Part shown: positions 18,004 through 27,897 of the stretch, piece after piece
Layout: each line of letters begins with the position of its first letter
How positions within the stretch are numbered: the first letter of the stretch is position 1
From: Eubacteriales bacterium
Lineage (GTDB): Bacteria > Bacillota > Clostridia > Oscillospirales > UBA644
Assembly (NCBI GenBank): GCA_045629205.1
Contig: JAZQQT010000056.1
Coordinates: forward strand, 1 to 37,223
Reading direction: 5' to 3'
DNA: 37,223 nt
Translations under genes and position numbers: made by a program
The notes under the pieces: generated by a model
What the model was told of the DNA's origin: nothing
Database searches by the model: none
What the model saw: the letters and a program-made list of their open reading frames with translations, nothing else

Positions 18004-19653
18004 ATGAAAACAACATTTAAAGCGTTATTCTCCTTTATATTAATAATTGTATTAATAGTACCTATGTCTGTGGCTGCTTTTGCAATGCCGACCAACGAGG
18101 GAATGCTCGATTCGTATTATTATGATAATAACGGAAAAGCAGTTGCAGCTCCGCTTGCCTACAGGGCAGTAAAGACTATAAGTCAGAAAGGTCTGGAGCT
18201 TCCGCTTACGACAGCATTTACGCCGGTCGATCTTTTTGCTAACGAACAATATGTATATATCGTTGATAAGACAGGTAACAGAATCGTTATTCTGGATACG
18301 GCTTATCAGGTAGTGAAAATCATTTCTTCCCTTTCTGATTCCGAAGCTGTTTATGATGAGCAGGGGAATGTAGTTGAGGAAGCATATACGATACCGAAAA
18401 TTGACGCAACAAAATATGTTGACGGCAAAAAGCAGGTAGATTCGGAACTGGCAAACGCTAAGGAAACACTGTTTAATTCTCCCCAGGGAATTTACGTTGA
18501 CAGCGAAGGATTGATTTATGTCGCAGATACCAATAACAGACGTATAGTATGCTGTGATATTAACGGTCACGTAAAAAAGGTAATTCAATCTGTTAAGGTT
18601 TCCGTTCTCGGAAAAGAATACATTTTTAAGCCGATAAAGATTGTCGTTGACAGATCCGGCGGTATGCAGGTTATTGCTTACGGTGTAAACCGCGGTATCA
18701 TGGAACTTGATTATGACGGAACCTTCTGCAGCTTTATCGGAGCGCCTCCTGTAACTATCAACGCAGTCGACTGGTTCTGGAGAAGCATCGCTACCGAAGA
18801 GCAGAAAAAGAAACTCGTTAAATATGTTCCTACCGAATATTGCAATATGTCACAGGATTCGCGCGGGTTTATTTACTGCACGGTATCCACGATAGAAGCA
18901 AAAGATCTTAAAGCAGCATCGGCAAAGGGTTCAACAACTAATAATCCTGTAGTTAAACTGAATTCCGCAGGAAGTGATATCCTGAGAAGGACCGGCGTTT
19001 ATTCCCCGGTCGGAGATCTTGAGTTCTTGACGCAGAGCACCCCTAAAATCGTTGATGTTGCATCATACAGCAACGGTAACTATGTGATTCTCGATCAGAC
19101 TTCCGGAAGATTCTTTACATACGATAATGACGGCAATTTCCTTTATATGGGCGGTGGTTCGGGTTCGCAGTTCGGAAGAACGAAGAATGCGACTTCCATA
19201 TGCGTGAGAGGAGATGAAATATATATTTCGGATCTTTCCACAAATACGATTGTCGTATACGAAAGCACTCCGTATGCCCAGGCGATCAATAAAGCCGTTG
19301 AAGAACATACTATAGGTAATTATGAAATTGCCGAAAAATATTGGGAAGAGGTTATAAACTACAATTCCAATATGTATGTTGCTTACATTGGACTCGGAAA
19401 AGCCGAATTCCGTCAGGCTGCAAAATCTCTTGACAAAACAGAGCAGCTTGAGCATTATCAGAAATCACTTGATTATTTTGAACTGGCAAATGAAAAAACA
19501 TATTATTCACAGGCTTTTGAAGCTCTGCAGAAAGAATCTTTAAAACAAAATTTCACTCTGATAGCGATAGTAATAATTGCTGTTGTTGTTGCTCTTATTG
19601 CATTGTATTTCATCTTGAAAGCCGTGAAAAAAAAGAAGGGAGGTAGATACTGA
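18004..19653 (+). CDS. NHL-repeat beta-propeller protein with TPR-like helices and C-terminal membrane anchor
   Basis: Signal peptide; FNSPQGIYVDSEGLIYVADTNNRRI NHL repeat; YEIAEKYWEEVINYNSNMYVAYIGLGKA TPR-like; C-terminal TM followed by KKKK. Confidence 0.82.
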   Translation: MKTTFKALFSFILIIVLIVPMSVAAFAMPTNEGMLDSYYYDNNGKAVAAPLAYRAVKTISQKGLELPLTTAFTPVDLFANEQYVYIVDKTGNRIVILDTAYQVVKIISSLSDSEAVYDEQGNVVEEAYTIPKIDATKYVDGKKQVDSELANAKETLFNSPQGIYVDSEGLIYVADTNNRRIVCCDINGHVKKVIQSVKVSVLGKEYIFKPIKIVVDRSGGMQVIAYGVNRGIMELDYDGTFCSFIGAPPVTINAVDWFWRSIATEEQKKKLVKYVPTEYCNMSQDSRGFIYCTVSTIEAKDLKAASAKGSTTNNPVVKLNSAGSDILRRTGVYSPVGDLEFLTQSTPKIVDVASYSNGNYVILDQTSGRFFTYDNDGNFLYMGGGSGSQFGRTKNATSICVRGDEIYISDLSTNTIVVYESTPYAQAINKAVEEHTIGNYEIAEKYWEEVINYNSNMYVAYIGLGKAEFRQAAKSLDKTEQLEHYQKSLDYFELANEKTYYSQAFEALQKESLKQNFTLIAIVIIAVVVALIALYFILKAVKKKKGGRY

Positions 19654-20348
19654 TGGCAACTTTTATGGAAAAACTTGCCGGATTCGGAAAGAAACTCGGA
19701 TGGTGTGTCGTTGATGCATTTAAAAAATTACCGTTTGCTTTTTATTGTCTGATTCATCCGTTCCAGGGTTTTTATGAACTTAAGAACGATCCGCGTCGTA
19801 AATCGGTCAATACCGCTATTCTCCTGTATATCCTGCTCGCAGTATCGGCAGTTTTAAGAAAACTTATGCTCGGATATTTGTTCGTTGATTCCGTTTACGA
19901 ACAATTAAATGTCAACATCCTTATTGAAGTCGCGACAGCTGTTTTACCATATCTCCTTTGGACAATTGCAAACTGGTGCTTTACGTCTCTTATGGACGGT
20001 GACGGAAAATTTGTTGATATTTTCGTTGCAACTGCCGTTGCTTTGATTCCTTTGATTATTACCAATTTTATTTCAATTCCGCTGAGTCATTATCTGTCGC
20101 TTGATTCTTCGGCGACATTTACGACGATCTCGACATTGGGATACGTTCTCGCATATATCGAGATTTTCTTCGGAATGATTACAATTCATCAGTATTCGGT
20201 TTCGAAAGGTCTTGTAACCGCTATTTTGTCGGTTCTCGGTATTTTGATTATTGCTTTCCTGATGGTCTTGATTTACTATCTCTGTCAGCAGGTTGTCGGC
20301 TTCGTATCTCAGATATATGAAGAGATTGCCTTCAGACTGAACGAATAA
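19653..20348 (+). CDS. YIP1-like integral membrane protein
   Basis: HPFQGFYELK motif followed by about 5 TM helices; TGATG coupling to the NHL gene. Confidence 0.72.
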   Translation: MATFMEKLAGFGKKLGWCVVDAFKKLPFAFYCLIHPFQGFYELKNDPRRKSVNTAILLYILLAVSAVLRKLMLGYLFVDSVYEQLNVNILIEVATAVLPYLLWTIANWCFTSLMDGDGKFVDIFVATAVALIPLIITNFISIPLSHYLSLDSSATFTTISTLGYVLAYIEIFFGMITIHQYSVSKGLVTAILSVLGILIIAFLMVLIYYLCQQVVGFVSQIYEEIAFRLNE

Positions 20349-20361
20349 GGGGGAGAGAATA

Positions 20362-23187
20362 ATGAAAAAGAAATTTCTTATTAGTGCGTTGCTCCTGATT
20401 TTATCCGTTCTGGTGTTATCTTCATGCGGAAAGAAAACCGACAAACAAGAAGGATACGTTACCGATGCTCAACGTGAAGAGCATATACTTAAACTTCTTA
20501 ATAATAACGAAAGTCTTTTAATAAACGAAAGCGATTATATTACCGCAAAAGAAGTCTTTGCTGATTCAAATGAGTGGAATTTGTTGGGCCTTAAAGATTT
20601 CGTTATGTTGACAGAAAACGATTCTTTTTCGCTTTGGATGAATGTTAAAGATACGGCAATCGCTGTTTATGATAAATCCACACATAACATTTATCATTCG
20701 GACCCGACTCATTCAGGCGCTGACACTACTATATCAGGAAAGTTGGGAAAGAATCAATCTCCTATCTCGGTTGAGGCTTATGACCAGATGAACAAGAGAT
20801 ATGAATTCAACTTTTATCAGAACTGTTATGAAGACGGTTCCGGTGAAATGTATAAGATTGCAATGCTTGAAGACGGGACTTTCAGAATAATTTATACTAT
20901 CGGTAACGACCCTAACAAAAATCTTGTTTCGCCTGTTTTTACAGAAGGAACATGGGATAGTATACATGAAAGGATCGAAAAGATCGCCGATTCTTCAAAA
21001 GCTTCAAAATATAAAAGAGCTCTTGAGGAATGTTATCTTTCTTTGACTCCGGAAACATTGGGAATTGAGGAAAGAGAACAATATCTTCAGGATTATCCTC
21101 TTCTTGACTCTGTTCCCATGCGTATTTGCAGAAAACTCAATACAAAGCAAAAGCAGATGGTCAAAGAGATTATGGAAGCAGTTGGATTTACCGTTGAAGA
21201 TCTTAAAGCCGAACTCGACAGGGCAGAATATGCCGGTCCCGAACGTTCCGTTATGTATACGATACCGGTGGATATAAAACTGACGGATGACGGATTGTTT
21301 GTTAATATTGATTCCTCTCTTATTCTTGCACCTACAAAACAAAAGTTGTATAAAATCTATTGCTATAGAAGTTTTGGAGCTACAAACTCCACCTTAACCG
21401 GCAGTTATATGATTATTCCGGATGGAACCGGAACTGTTATTCAAACAACCGGCAATTACACAAAAGACAGCTATACGGCAAGAATATACGGGCTTGATAA
21501 AACATTTACTCAATCCCTTGATTCTGAAAAGACAGCAGATGTGCTTACTCCGGTTCTTTTCCTTGAAAGAGGAAAATTGGTTGATTTAGAATATGATATC
21601 CAAAGACGTAACGGAAGCATAATGGCAGTGCTTGAAAGCGGCGCATCATCTGCTTTCGTAACAGCAAGACCCATGAACGGAACCAGCACTGTTGCGGCGG
21701 CAGTCAATTTTGACCTGATTTATTCCGAACGTGACTATCTTACATATTCCGGCGGTCAGGGTAATGATTCATCCGAAGAGGGTGCCGCAGCTGAAGCAGA
21801 CACATCAAATACAGGTGTCGTGCTCTCAAAAGATACGCCTACTGCAAACTTTGTTGTTCATTATATTTTCGGTGAAGGCGGATATACTTATTCCGACTAT
21901 GCGAGAATATACAGAGAGTATCTTCAGGATAACGGTAAACTTCCCAAAGAAACGATCAAATCGGCTAAACTTCAGTTTTACGTTGATTTTTACGGAGCAT
22001 TTGAGAAAACCGAAACAGTTGCCGGTCTTCCCGTTACTCATAACAAGCCGCTTACTACGTTTAAACAGGCTAAAGAAATTCTTACCAAATTAAAAGACGA
22101 CGGTGTTGAAAATGTAAATGCAAGATATCTGTATTGGGCAAACAACGGATATCTGAATACCATTTATGATTCAATCGATTTGGTTTCCTGTCTCGGAAAT
22201 AAGTCCGATATGAAGGACCTTGTTGACTATATTTCTTCAAACGGTATCGGATTTTATCCCGATGTTGAACTGCAGTATGTTCGTAAAGACACAGCCGGTG
22301 ACGGTCTGAATTACAAAGAAGATATTGCACGCCGTCTTGATATGAGAAGCGCGCGTTTCAACAGCAGAAACCTTGCGACAGGTAAAGAGAATACAACAGC
22401 AGAAACTTATCAGTCGATCATATCGGCAGATATTCTTCCGAAAATTGCAGATTCTCTTATTAAATCCTATGATAATATAGTAGGAGTAAAAACGATTTCG
22501 CTCGGGTCACTCGGAGCGGATATCAACTCCAACTATAAATCGACACGAAATATCAATCGATACCTCGCTTACGATTACATTCTTGAAACCCTTGAGAAAT
22601 TCTCGGATTACGGAATCATGGTCGAAAAGGGTAATGATTATGTTTGGAACATTGCGGACCATATTCTTTCATTGCCTTCCGGTTCTTCCGAATACATTTC
22701 ATCAAATGGATCAATTCCGTTTATACAGATGGTTCTTCACGGATACGTGTATTATGCTAATGACCCATTCAATGAAAGCTGTGATTACAATATCCAGAAG
22801 CTTATGTGTCTTGAAACAGGAAGTAATATTTACTTCAGATGGATGAGTGAAGAAGATACTGTGTTCATAAACACCGACTACGACTCTTTCTATTCACTTA
22901 ATTACAATAATTCTTATGATACTGCGGTTGCTCTTTATAAAGAAATCAAACCCGTGGTTGACAAGATTTCAGGGCTTCCGATTACCGAACACGGCGCCGT
23001 TAAGGCTGTTATGACCGGAAGACAGAGCGATGTTAAATCATCAGTATCTGCAGACAACGTATTTAAGACTGTATACGGAGACAAATATACGGTTTACGTT
23101 AATTACAATTCATATTCCGTTGAAATCATTGATGACGGCGGAAATACGGTATCCGTAGATGCTTACGGTTATCAGTTGATTCAGTAA
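20362..23187 (+). CDS. Large lipoprotein, DUF5696-like
   Basis: Lipobox LSS-C; motifs PDGTG, LTTFKQAKEIL, IPFIQMVLHGYVYY, VYVNY recalled from this family; position in the module. Confidence 0.68.
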   Translation: MKKKFLISALLLILSVLVLSSCGKKTDKQEGYVTDAQREEHILKLLNNNESLLINESDYITAKEVFADSNEWNLLGLKDFVMLTENDSFSLWMNVKDTAIAVYDKSTHNIYHSDPTHSGADTTISGKLGKNQSPISVEAYDQMNKRYEFNFYQNCYEDGSGEMYKIAMLEDGTFRIIYTIGNDPNKNLVSPVFTEGTWDSIHERIEKIADSSKASKYKRALEECYLSLTPETLGIEEREQYLQDYPLLDSVPMRICRKLNTKQKQMVKEIMEAVGFTVEDLKAELDRAEYAGPERSVMYTIPVDIKLTDDGLFVNIDSSLILAPTKQKLYKIYCYRSFGATNSTLTGSYMIIPDGTGTVIQTTGNYTKDSYTARIYGLDKTFTQSLDSEKTADVLTPVLFLERGKLVDLEYDIQRRNGSIMAVLESGASSAFVTARPMNGTSTVAAAVNFDLIYSERDYLTYSGGQGNDSSEEGAAAEADTSNTGVVLSKDTPTANFVVHYIFGEGGYTYSDYARIYREYLQDNGKLPKETIKSAKLQFYVDFYGAFEKTETVAGLPVTHNKPLTTFKQAKEILTKLKDDGVENVNARYLYWANNGYLNTIYDSIDLVSCLGNKSDMKDLVDYISSNGIGFYPDVELQYVRKDTAGDGLNYKEDIARRLDMRSARFNSRNLATGKENTTAETYQSIISADILPKIADSLIKSYDNIVGVKTISLGSLGADINSNYKSTRNINRYLAYDYILETLEKFSDYGIMVEKGNDYVWNIADHILSLPSGSSEYISSNGSIPFIQMVLHGYVYYANDPFNESCDYNIQKLMCLETGSNIYFRWMSEEDTVFINTDYDSFYSLNYNNSYDTAVALYKEIKPVVDKISGLPITEHGAVKAVMTGRQSDVKSSVSADNVFKTVYGDKYTVYVNYNSYSVEIIDDGGNTVSVDAYGYQLIQ

Positions 23188-23198
23188 GAAGGAGGGAA

Positions 23199-24176
23199 AT
23201 GAAAATGAATAACGGATTAACAGTTAAAAAAGAAAAAGTCCAGAAAAAAGCCAAGTTTCTCACCCTCGAAAGAAAACAGAATATGTTCGGTTATGTATTT
23301 TGTCTGCCGGTTTTAATCGGTTTGGTTTTTGTATACATACCGGTTCTTGTTCAATCATTAATATACTCGTTCAGTAGCCTTGTGGTCAATCCGAAAACAA
23401 AAGCGGTTACTACCGAATGGGTGGGAGGGCAGAACTACAATCAGGCACTGTTCGTTGAAGAAGGATTTCTCAGAACGGTTGTCGAATCAATCGGAAAGTT
23501 GTTCCCTCAGATTTTCATTATCTTAATCTTTGCGTTTTTTATGGCAAATATTCTTAATCAGAACTTCTTCGGAAGATCTGTTGCTCGTGTTATTTTCTTT
23601 ATACCGGTTATTATCTCAAGCGGTATTATGCATAAGTTTGATACCATGAGCACGATGCTTGACACATATCAGAGCGGTTCAAAGATGGAGCTCGGAAGTG
23701 GTTCCTCCGGCACGACTAATGCGAATATCTTCAATTATGCCGGATTAAAAACGGTTATTACCGAGGCACTGAATAACGAAACTCTGTCGGGACTCGTTCT
23801 CGGCGCTGTTGACGGTCTTTACTCGGTTATCACCGCTTCCGGTGTTCAGATGCTCGTTTTCCTTTCCGGCTTACAGTCGATTTCCACAAGTATGTATGAG
23901 GCCGCAAAAGTTGAAGGCGCAACGGGATGGGAAGTTTTCTGGAAGATTTCTTTTCCGATGATTTCTCCCCTTATTCTTGTTAACCTTATTTATACCGTTA
24001 TCGATCTTTTCCTTAAAGCAGATAACGAAGCGATCATTTTTATCAACGGTTATATTAATTCCGCATCACAGTATGAACTTGCTTCGGCTTTCTCCTGGAT
24101 TTATACGATAGTAGTTCTTCTGTTTGTCGGAATAGCATGGCTGCTTGTTAAAAAGCTGATTGTTTATCAGGATTAA
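23199..24176 (+). CDS. Carbohydrate ABC transporter permease (MalF/UgpA type)
   Basis: WVGGQNY, EAA loop MYEAAKVEGATGWEVFWKISFP. Confidence 0.92.
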   Translation: MKMNNGLTVKKEKVQKKAKFLTLERKQNMFGYVFCLPVLIGLVFVYIPVLVQSLIYSFSSLVVNPKTKAVTTEWVGGQNYNQALFVEEGFLRTVVESIGKLFPQIFIILIFAFFMANILNQNFFGRSVARVIFFIPVIISSGIMHKFDTMSTMLDTYQSGSKMELGSGSSGTTNANIFNYAGLKTVITEALNNETLSGLVLGAVDGLYSVITASGVQMLVFLSGLQSISTSMYEAAKVEGATGWEVFWKISFPMISPLILVNLIYTVIDLFLKADNEAIIFINGYINSASQYELASAFSWIYTIVVLLFVGIAWLLVKKLIVYQD

Positions 24177-24188
24177 GGAGGTAGTAAA

Positions 24189-25205
24189 ATGGGCCTTTTT
24201 GATAAAGAAAAAGAAGTTGTTACTGCTACCGGAGAAACCGTTCTGGTAAAAAAAGAGTCTTTCTGGGAAAGAATCAAACCTAAAAAAATGACCGAGCAGG
24301 AATGGGCAAGCTGGCGCAGACGCAATATCAGTCTTGCCGGTCTGGGAAAACTCGGTTGGATTATTCTGAGATTTATCATTATAGTTGGTATTTCATTTAT
24401 GATTCTCTATCCTTATCTTGTCAAGATAAGCGTAGCATTTATGAGTACAAACGATATAACGGATAAAACAGTTCTTTTCATCCCGCGTGAAGGTTCAACC
24501 TATTTTATTCAAAAAGCGGCGATGAACATGGATTACTGGGGAGCGTTGTTTAATACAATACTCTTATCCCTGATTGTGGCTGTAATTCAGCTCGTTCTGT
24601 CTACAATGGTCGGTTACGGCTTTGCAAGGTATAATTTTTTTGGAAAGAACGTTTTGTTCTTTGCCGTTATACTTACGCTTATTGTTCCTACCCAGACAAT
24701 ACAGATTCCGCTGTTGCTCAACTTTACACAGATTTTCAGAGCAATTGGTCTCGAACTTGAATCGGCCGGTTATCTTCCCGTTATTCTTCTCTCGATTCTC
24801 GGTCTCGGTCTTAAAAACGGTTTGTATATCTATATGATGAGACAGTTCTTCCGCGGAATGCCCAAAGAACTTGAGATGTCGGCATATATCGACGGTGCAG
24901 GTCACTTCAAGACCTTCTTCGAGATTATGCTTCCGAACGCTCTCAACATGATGATTACAATATTCCTTTTTGCATTCACATGGCAATGGACCGATACCAC
25001 TTACAACGACACGCTGATTCCGAAGGCAAATATTCTCAGTAAAACAGTTATGACAGTTGCAAACTCGACCTCAGGAGATGCGATTCAGCAGCAAGCTTTG
25101 CTTGATACCGCTTCTTTGTTGCTTATCCTTCCGTTGTTGCTCCTGTTCCTTTTCTGTCAGAGATTCTTCGTTCAGTCAGTTGAAAGAAGCGGCTTAGTAG
25201 AATAA
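24189..25205 (+). CDS. Carbohydrate ABC transporter permease (MalG/UgpE type)
   Basis: RQFFRGMPKELEMSAYIDGAG, C-terminal QRFFVQSVERSGL. Confidence 0.92.
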   Translation: MGLFDKEKEVVTATGETVLVKKESFWERIKPKKMTEQEWASWRRRNISLAGLGKLGWIILRFIIIVGISFMILYPYLVKISVAFMSTNDITDKTVLFIPREGSTYFIQKAAMNMDYWGALFNTILLSLIVAVIQLVLSTMVGYGFARYNFFGKNVLFFAVILTLIVPTQTIQIPLLLNFTQIFRAIGLELESAGYLPVILLSILGLGLKNGLYIYMMRQFFRGMPKELEMSAYIDGAGHFKTFFEIMLPNALNMMITIFLFAFTWQWTDTTYNDTLIPKANILSKTVMTVANSTSGDAIQQQALLDTASLLLILPLLLLFLFCQRFFVQSVERSGLVE

Positions 25206-25214
25206 TTCTATTTG

Positions 25215-25241
25215 ATAGAGGGCTGAAAAGCCCTCTATTTG
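25215..25241 (+). terminator. Intrinsic terminator closing the ABC module
   Basis: ATAGAGGGCT-gaaa-AGCCCTCTAT-TT. Confidence 0.75.
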
Positions 25242-25257
25242 TAAGGATGTGATTTTT

Positions 25258-27222
25258 ATGATGGGTCCGTTTTTCGGTCCTCCGGGAGATACCCCCCGAA
25301 TAGAGAAGCCAAAAACCTTAAAGGGCTGGATAACATTTGTTTCAAAAAATTTCGTTGATACCTTGCACAGGCTCGGATATATTTATAAGCTTGTGTGGGA
25401 TGTTCGTCCGTGGATCCTTTTTTTGATGGGTTTTATGACGTTATTCAACGGTGTAGCTCCTATCGTCGGGTCTCTTATTACAAAAAGATTTATTGATGAC
25501 CTTGCTTTAGCCGCAACAGGCAATCTTGACGGTGGGCTGAAAGCACTTCTCGGAGTCCTTATATTTCAGATTGTTTACGAGTTGTTTTGCAGTATTGTAA
25601 ACTCTCTCAGTAATATGGTGACGCGTATATCAAATGAAGTTCTTGCTTACAGCATCAAGCTTAAAATCATGGATAAAGCAAGAACAATAGATTTGTCATC
25701 GTTTGATATGCCGGAATTTTATTCCAAAATGGAAAATGCCAATCGCGAAGCCGGAAACAGACCGCTTTCCGTTTTGCAGGCATCTTTCTCGATTATTTCG
25801 TCGATTATCAGCCTTGTGGGCTATATAGTCATTCTCGGCGGAATGATTAAGTGGGCACCTCCGGTTTTAATCGTTATGGCAATTCCGACTACCATTGTTC
25901 ATTATTATTACAGAAGAAAAATGTTCAGATACTTCCGTCGCAAATCAAAAGACAGAAGACAAATGGATTATTATTCCAATGCAATAGTTGATAAGGATCT
26001 CGTTAAAGAAATTAAACTTTTTGATCTTTCCGAAACATTTATCGGAAAATACAAACGAGTATTTGATTCGTATTTCAAAGGAATCAAATCATTGATTTTC
26101 GCAGAAAATTTCTGGGGAATCGGACTCAGCGTGGCCAATACGGGTATAAACGGGGTCGTTCTGTATAAAATTATCGAAAGCATAGTTAACGGCGGAACAA
26201 TAGGTGATTATTCACTGTATTCCGGCGCTTTGTTTGCGATTTCCGGCAGGGTTTCCGATATAGTCAATACTTCCGCAGGCATATATGAGGGCACTTTGTA
26301 TATTGACAACCTGATTGCGTTCATGGAAGAAGAACCTAAAATCGTTTCTTCACTTCCGGAACCCAGAAAAGTTAACAGACATATCAATCATGTTATCGAA
26401 TTCAAACATGTATCTTTCAGCTATCCCGGTAAAACCAGAATGGTCCTTAAAGACATCAATATAACTATTAACGGCGGGGAAACGGTCGTTCTGGTCGGAC
26501 TTAACGGCGCCGGTAAGACGACACTCCTTAAGTTACTCACGCGTTTGTATGATCCGACAGAAGGAATGATTCTCTTTGACGGATATGATATCCGTGAGTA
26601 TTCGGTTGAGGAAATTTACAGCGTTTTCGGTATTATCTTCCAGGACTTCGGTAAGTATGCCTTTACCGTAGGGGAAAATATCGGGTTCGGTCAGATAGAA
26701 AGAGCGGACGACGGAAAAGCGATTATTGAGGCTGCCGAAAAGAGTGCCGCTGCAGATTTTATAAAAACACTCAACGACGGATATGATACGCCGCTTACAA
26801 GACAGTTTGAGGAAAACGGTCTTGAGCTTTCAATCGGTCAGTGGCAGAAGATAGCTGTAGCCCGCGCCTTTTTCAGAGATTCCGACATAATGATTCTTGA
26901 TGAGCCCACTGCGTCCCTCGACCCAATGGCAGAGCAGGAGATTTTCTCGCAGTTTGACCGTTTGAGAGGAAACAAATCAACCATATTTGTTTCGCATAGG
27001 CTTTCAAGTGCGACGATAGCAAATAAAATAATCGTTCTTGAAAACGGCTGTGTCGTTGAAGAAGGAAACCATCGCGAGCTTATGGATCTTAATGGTAAAT
27101 ATGCGGAACTGTTCTCGACGCAGGCAAAGAGATATATTGAGAATATTAATGAAGAAGACCTGAAAAATATGCAGGAAAGTGAGCCTTCCGAGATCAAAAC
27201 AGTTCCGGGAATCACCAAATAA
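25258..27222 (+). CDS. ABC exporter, fused permease/ATP-binding protein
   Basis: N-terminal TMD; Walker A GLNGAGKT, signature LSIGQWQK, Walker B IMILDE, SHRLS; start could also be GTG 25249. Confidence 0.92.
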   Translation: MMGPFFGPPGDTPRIEKPKTLKGWITFVSKNFVDTLHRLGYIYKLVWDVRPWILFLMGFMTLFNGVAPIVGSLITKRFIDDLALAATGNLDGGLKALLGVLIFQIVYELFCSIVNSLSNMVTRISNEVLAYSIKLKIMDKARTIDLSSFDMPEFYSKMENANREAGNRPLSVLQASFSIISSIISLVGYIVILGGMIKWAPPVLIVMAIPTTIVHYYYRRKMFRYFRRKSKDRRQMDYYSNAIVDKDLVKEIKLFDLSETFIGKYKRVFDSYFKGIKSLIFAENFWGIGLSVANTGINGVVLYKIIESIVNGGTIGDYSLYSGALFAISGRVSDIVNTSAGIYEGTLYIDNLIAFMEEEPKIVSSLPEPRKVNRHINHVIEFKHVSFSYPGKTRMVLKDINITINGGETVVLVGLNGAGKTTLLKLLTRLYDPTEGMILFDGYDIREYSVEEIYSVFGIIFQDFGKYAFTVGENIGFGQIERADDGKAIIEAAEKSAAADFIKTLNDGYDTPLTRQFEENGLELSIGQWQKIAVARAFFRDSDIMILDEPTASLDPMAEQEIFSQFDRLRGNKSTIFVSHRLSSATIANKIIVLENGCVVEEGNHRELMDLNGKYAELFSTQAKRYIENINEEDLKNMQESEPSEIKTVPGITK

Positions 27223-27233
27223 TGTAAATAGAT

Positions 27234-27263
27234 GCGCTCCGCTCTTTGCGGAGCGATTTTTTT
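27234..27263 (+). terminator. Intrinsic terminator
   Basis: CGCTCCGC-tcttt-GCGGAGCG followed by ATTTTTTT. Confidence 0.8.
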
Positions 27264-27342
27264 ATCAAAATGGTGTGAGGTTTTTATGGTTTTTACTGTC
27301 TAATAAATGAAAGGTATAAATCTTTCGGAAAGGGGTAATCAA

Positions 27343-27897
27343 ATGGATAACGGTGCAAGTAGCTACCGCCGTTTTCTTGATGGTGATGATAACGGGCTTG
27401 TTGATATAATAAGAGACTATAAAGACGGCTTGATTTTATTTCTTAACGGGTTTGCGGATAATATCAACGTCGCAGAAGAACTTGCGGAAGATACGTTTGT
27501 TAAAATCGGAATTAAAAAGCCTTATTTTGCCGGAAAATCATCTTTTAAAACCTGGCTTTATGCCATCGGTCGTAATGTCGCAATCAACAAAATAAAAAAA
27601 TATTCAAAGATTGAGCAAGTACCGATTGATGAAAGTTCGGAAGAAGCCGACATAATGTCTCTTGAGCATGATTATATCCGTGAAGAAAGAAAAATCGTAA
27701 TACGCAAAGCGATGAAAAATCTTAATAATGACTATCGGCAGGTTTTGTGGCTGATATATTTTGAGGGTTTATCGAATAAAGAAACGGCATCCGTTATGGG
27801 GAAAACCATCCATAATATCGAAACGATTGTATATAGAGCAAGACAATCACTGAAATCGGAACTGATAAAGGAAGGCTTTAATTATGAAAACTTATGA
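27343..27897 (+). CDS. ECF RNA polymerase sigma factor
   Basis: AEELAEDTF, SFKTWLYAIGRN (region 2), LIYFEGLSNKETA..IYRARQSLK (region 4); ATG at 27343 after AAGGGG. Confidence 0.92.
   Translation: MDNGASSYRRFLDGDDNGLVDIIRDYKDGLILFLNGFADNINVAEELAEDTFVKIGIKKPYFAGKSSFKTWLYAIGRNVAINKIKKYSKIEQVPIDESSEEADIMSLEHDYIREERKIVIRKAMKNLNNDYRQVLWLIYFEGLSNKETASVMGKTIHNIETIVYRARQSLKSELIKEGFNYENL

Noticed and set aside
25258-27222. ABC protein as the missing ATPase of the sugar module
   Set aside because: It is a fused TMD-NBD exporter separated by a terminator, not a MalK/MsmX-type importer ATPase.
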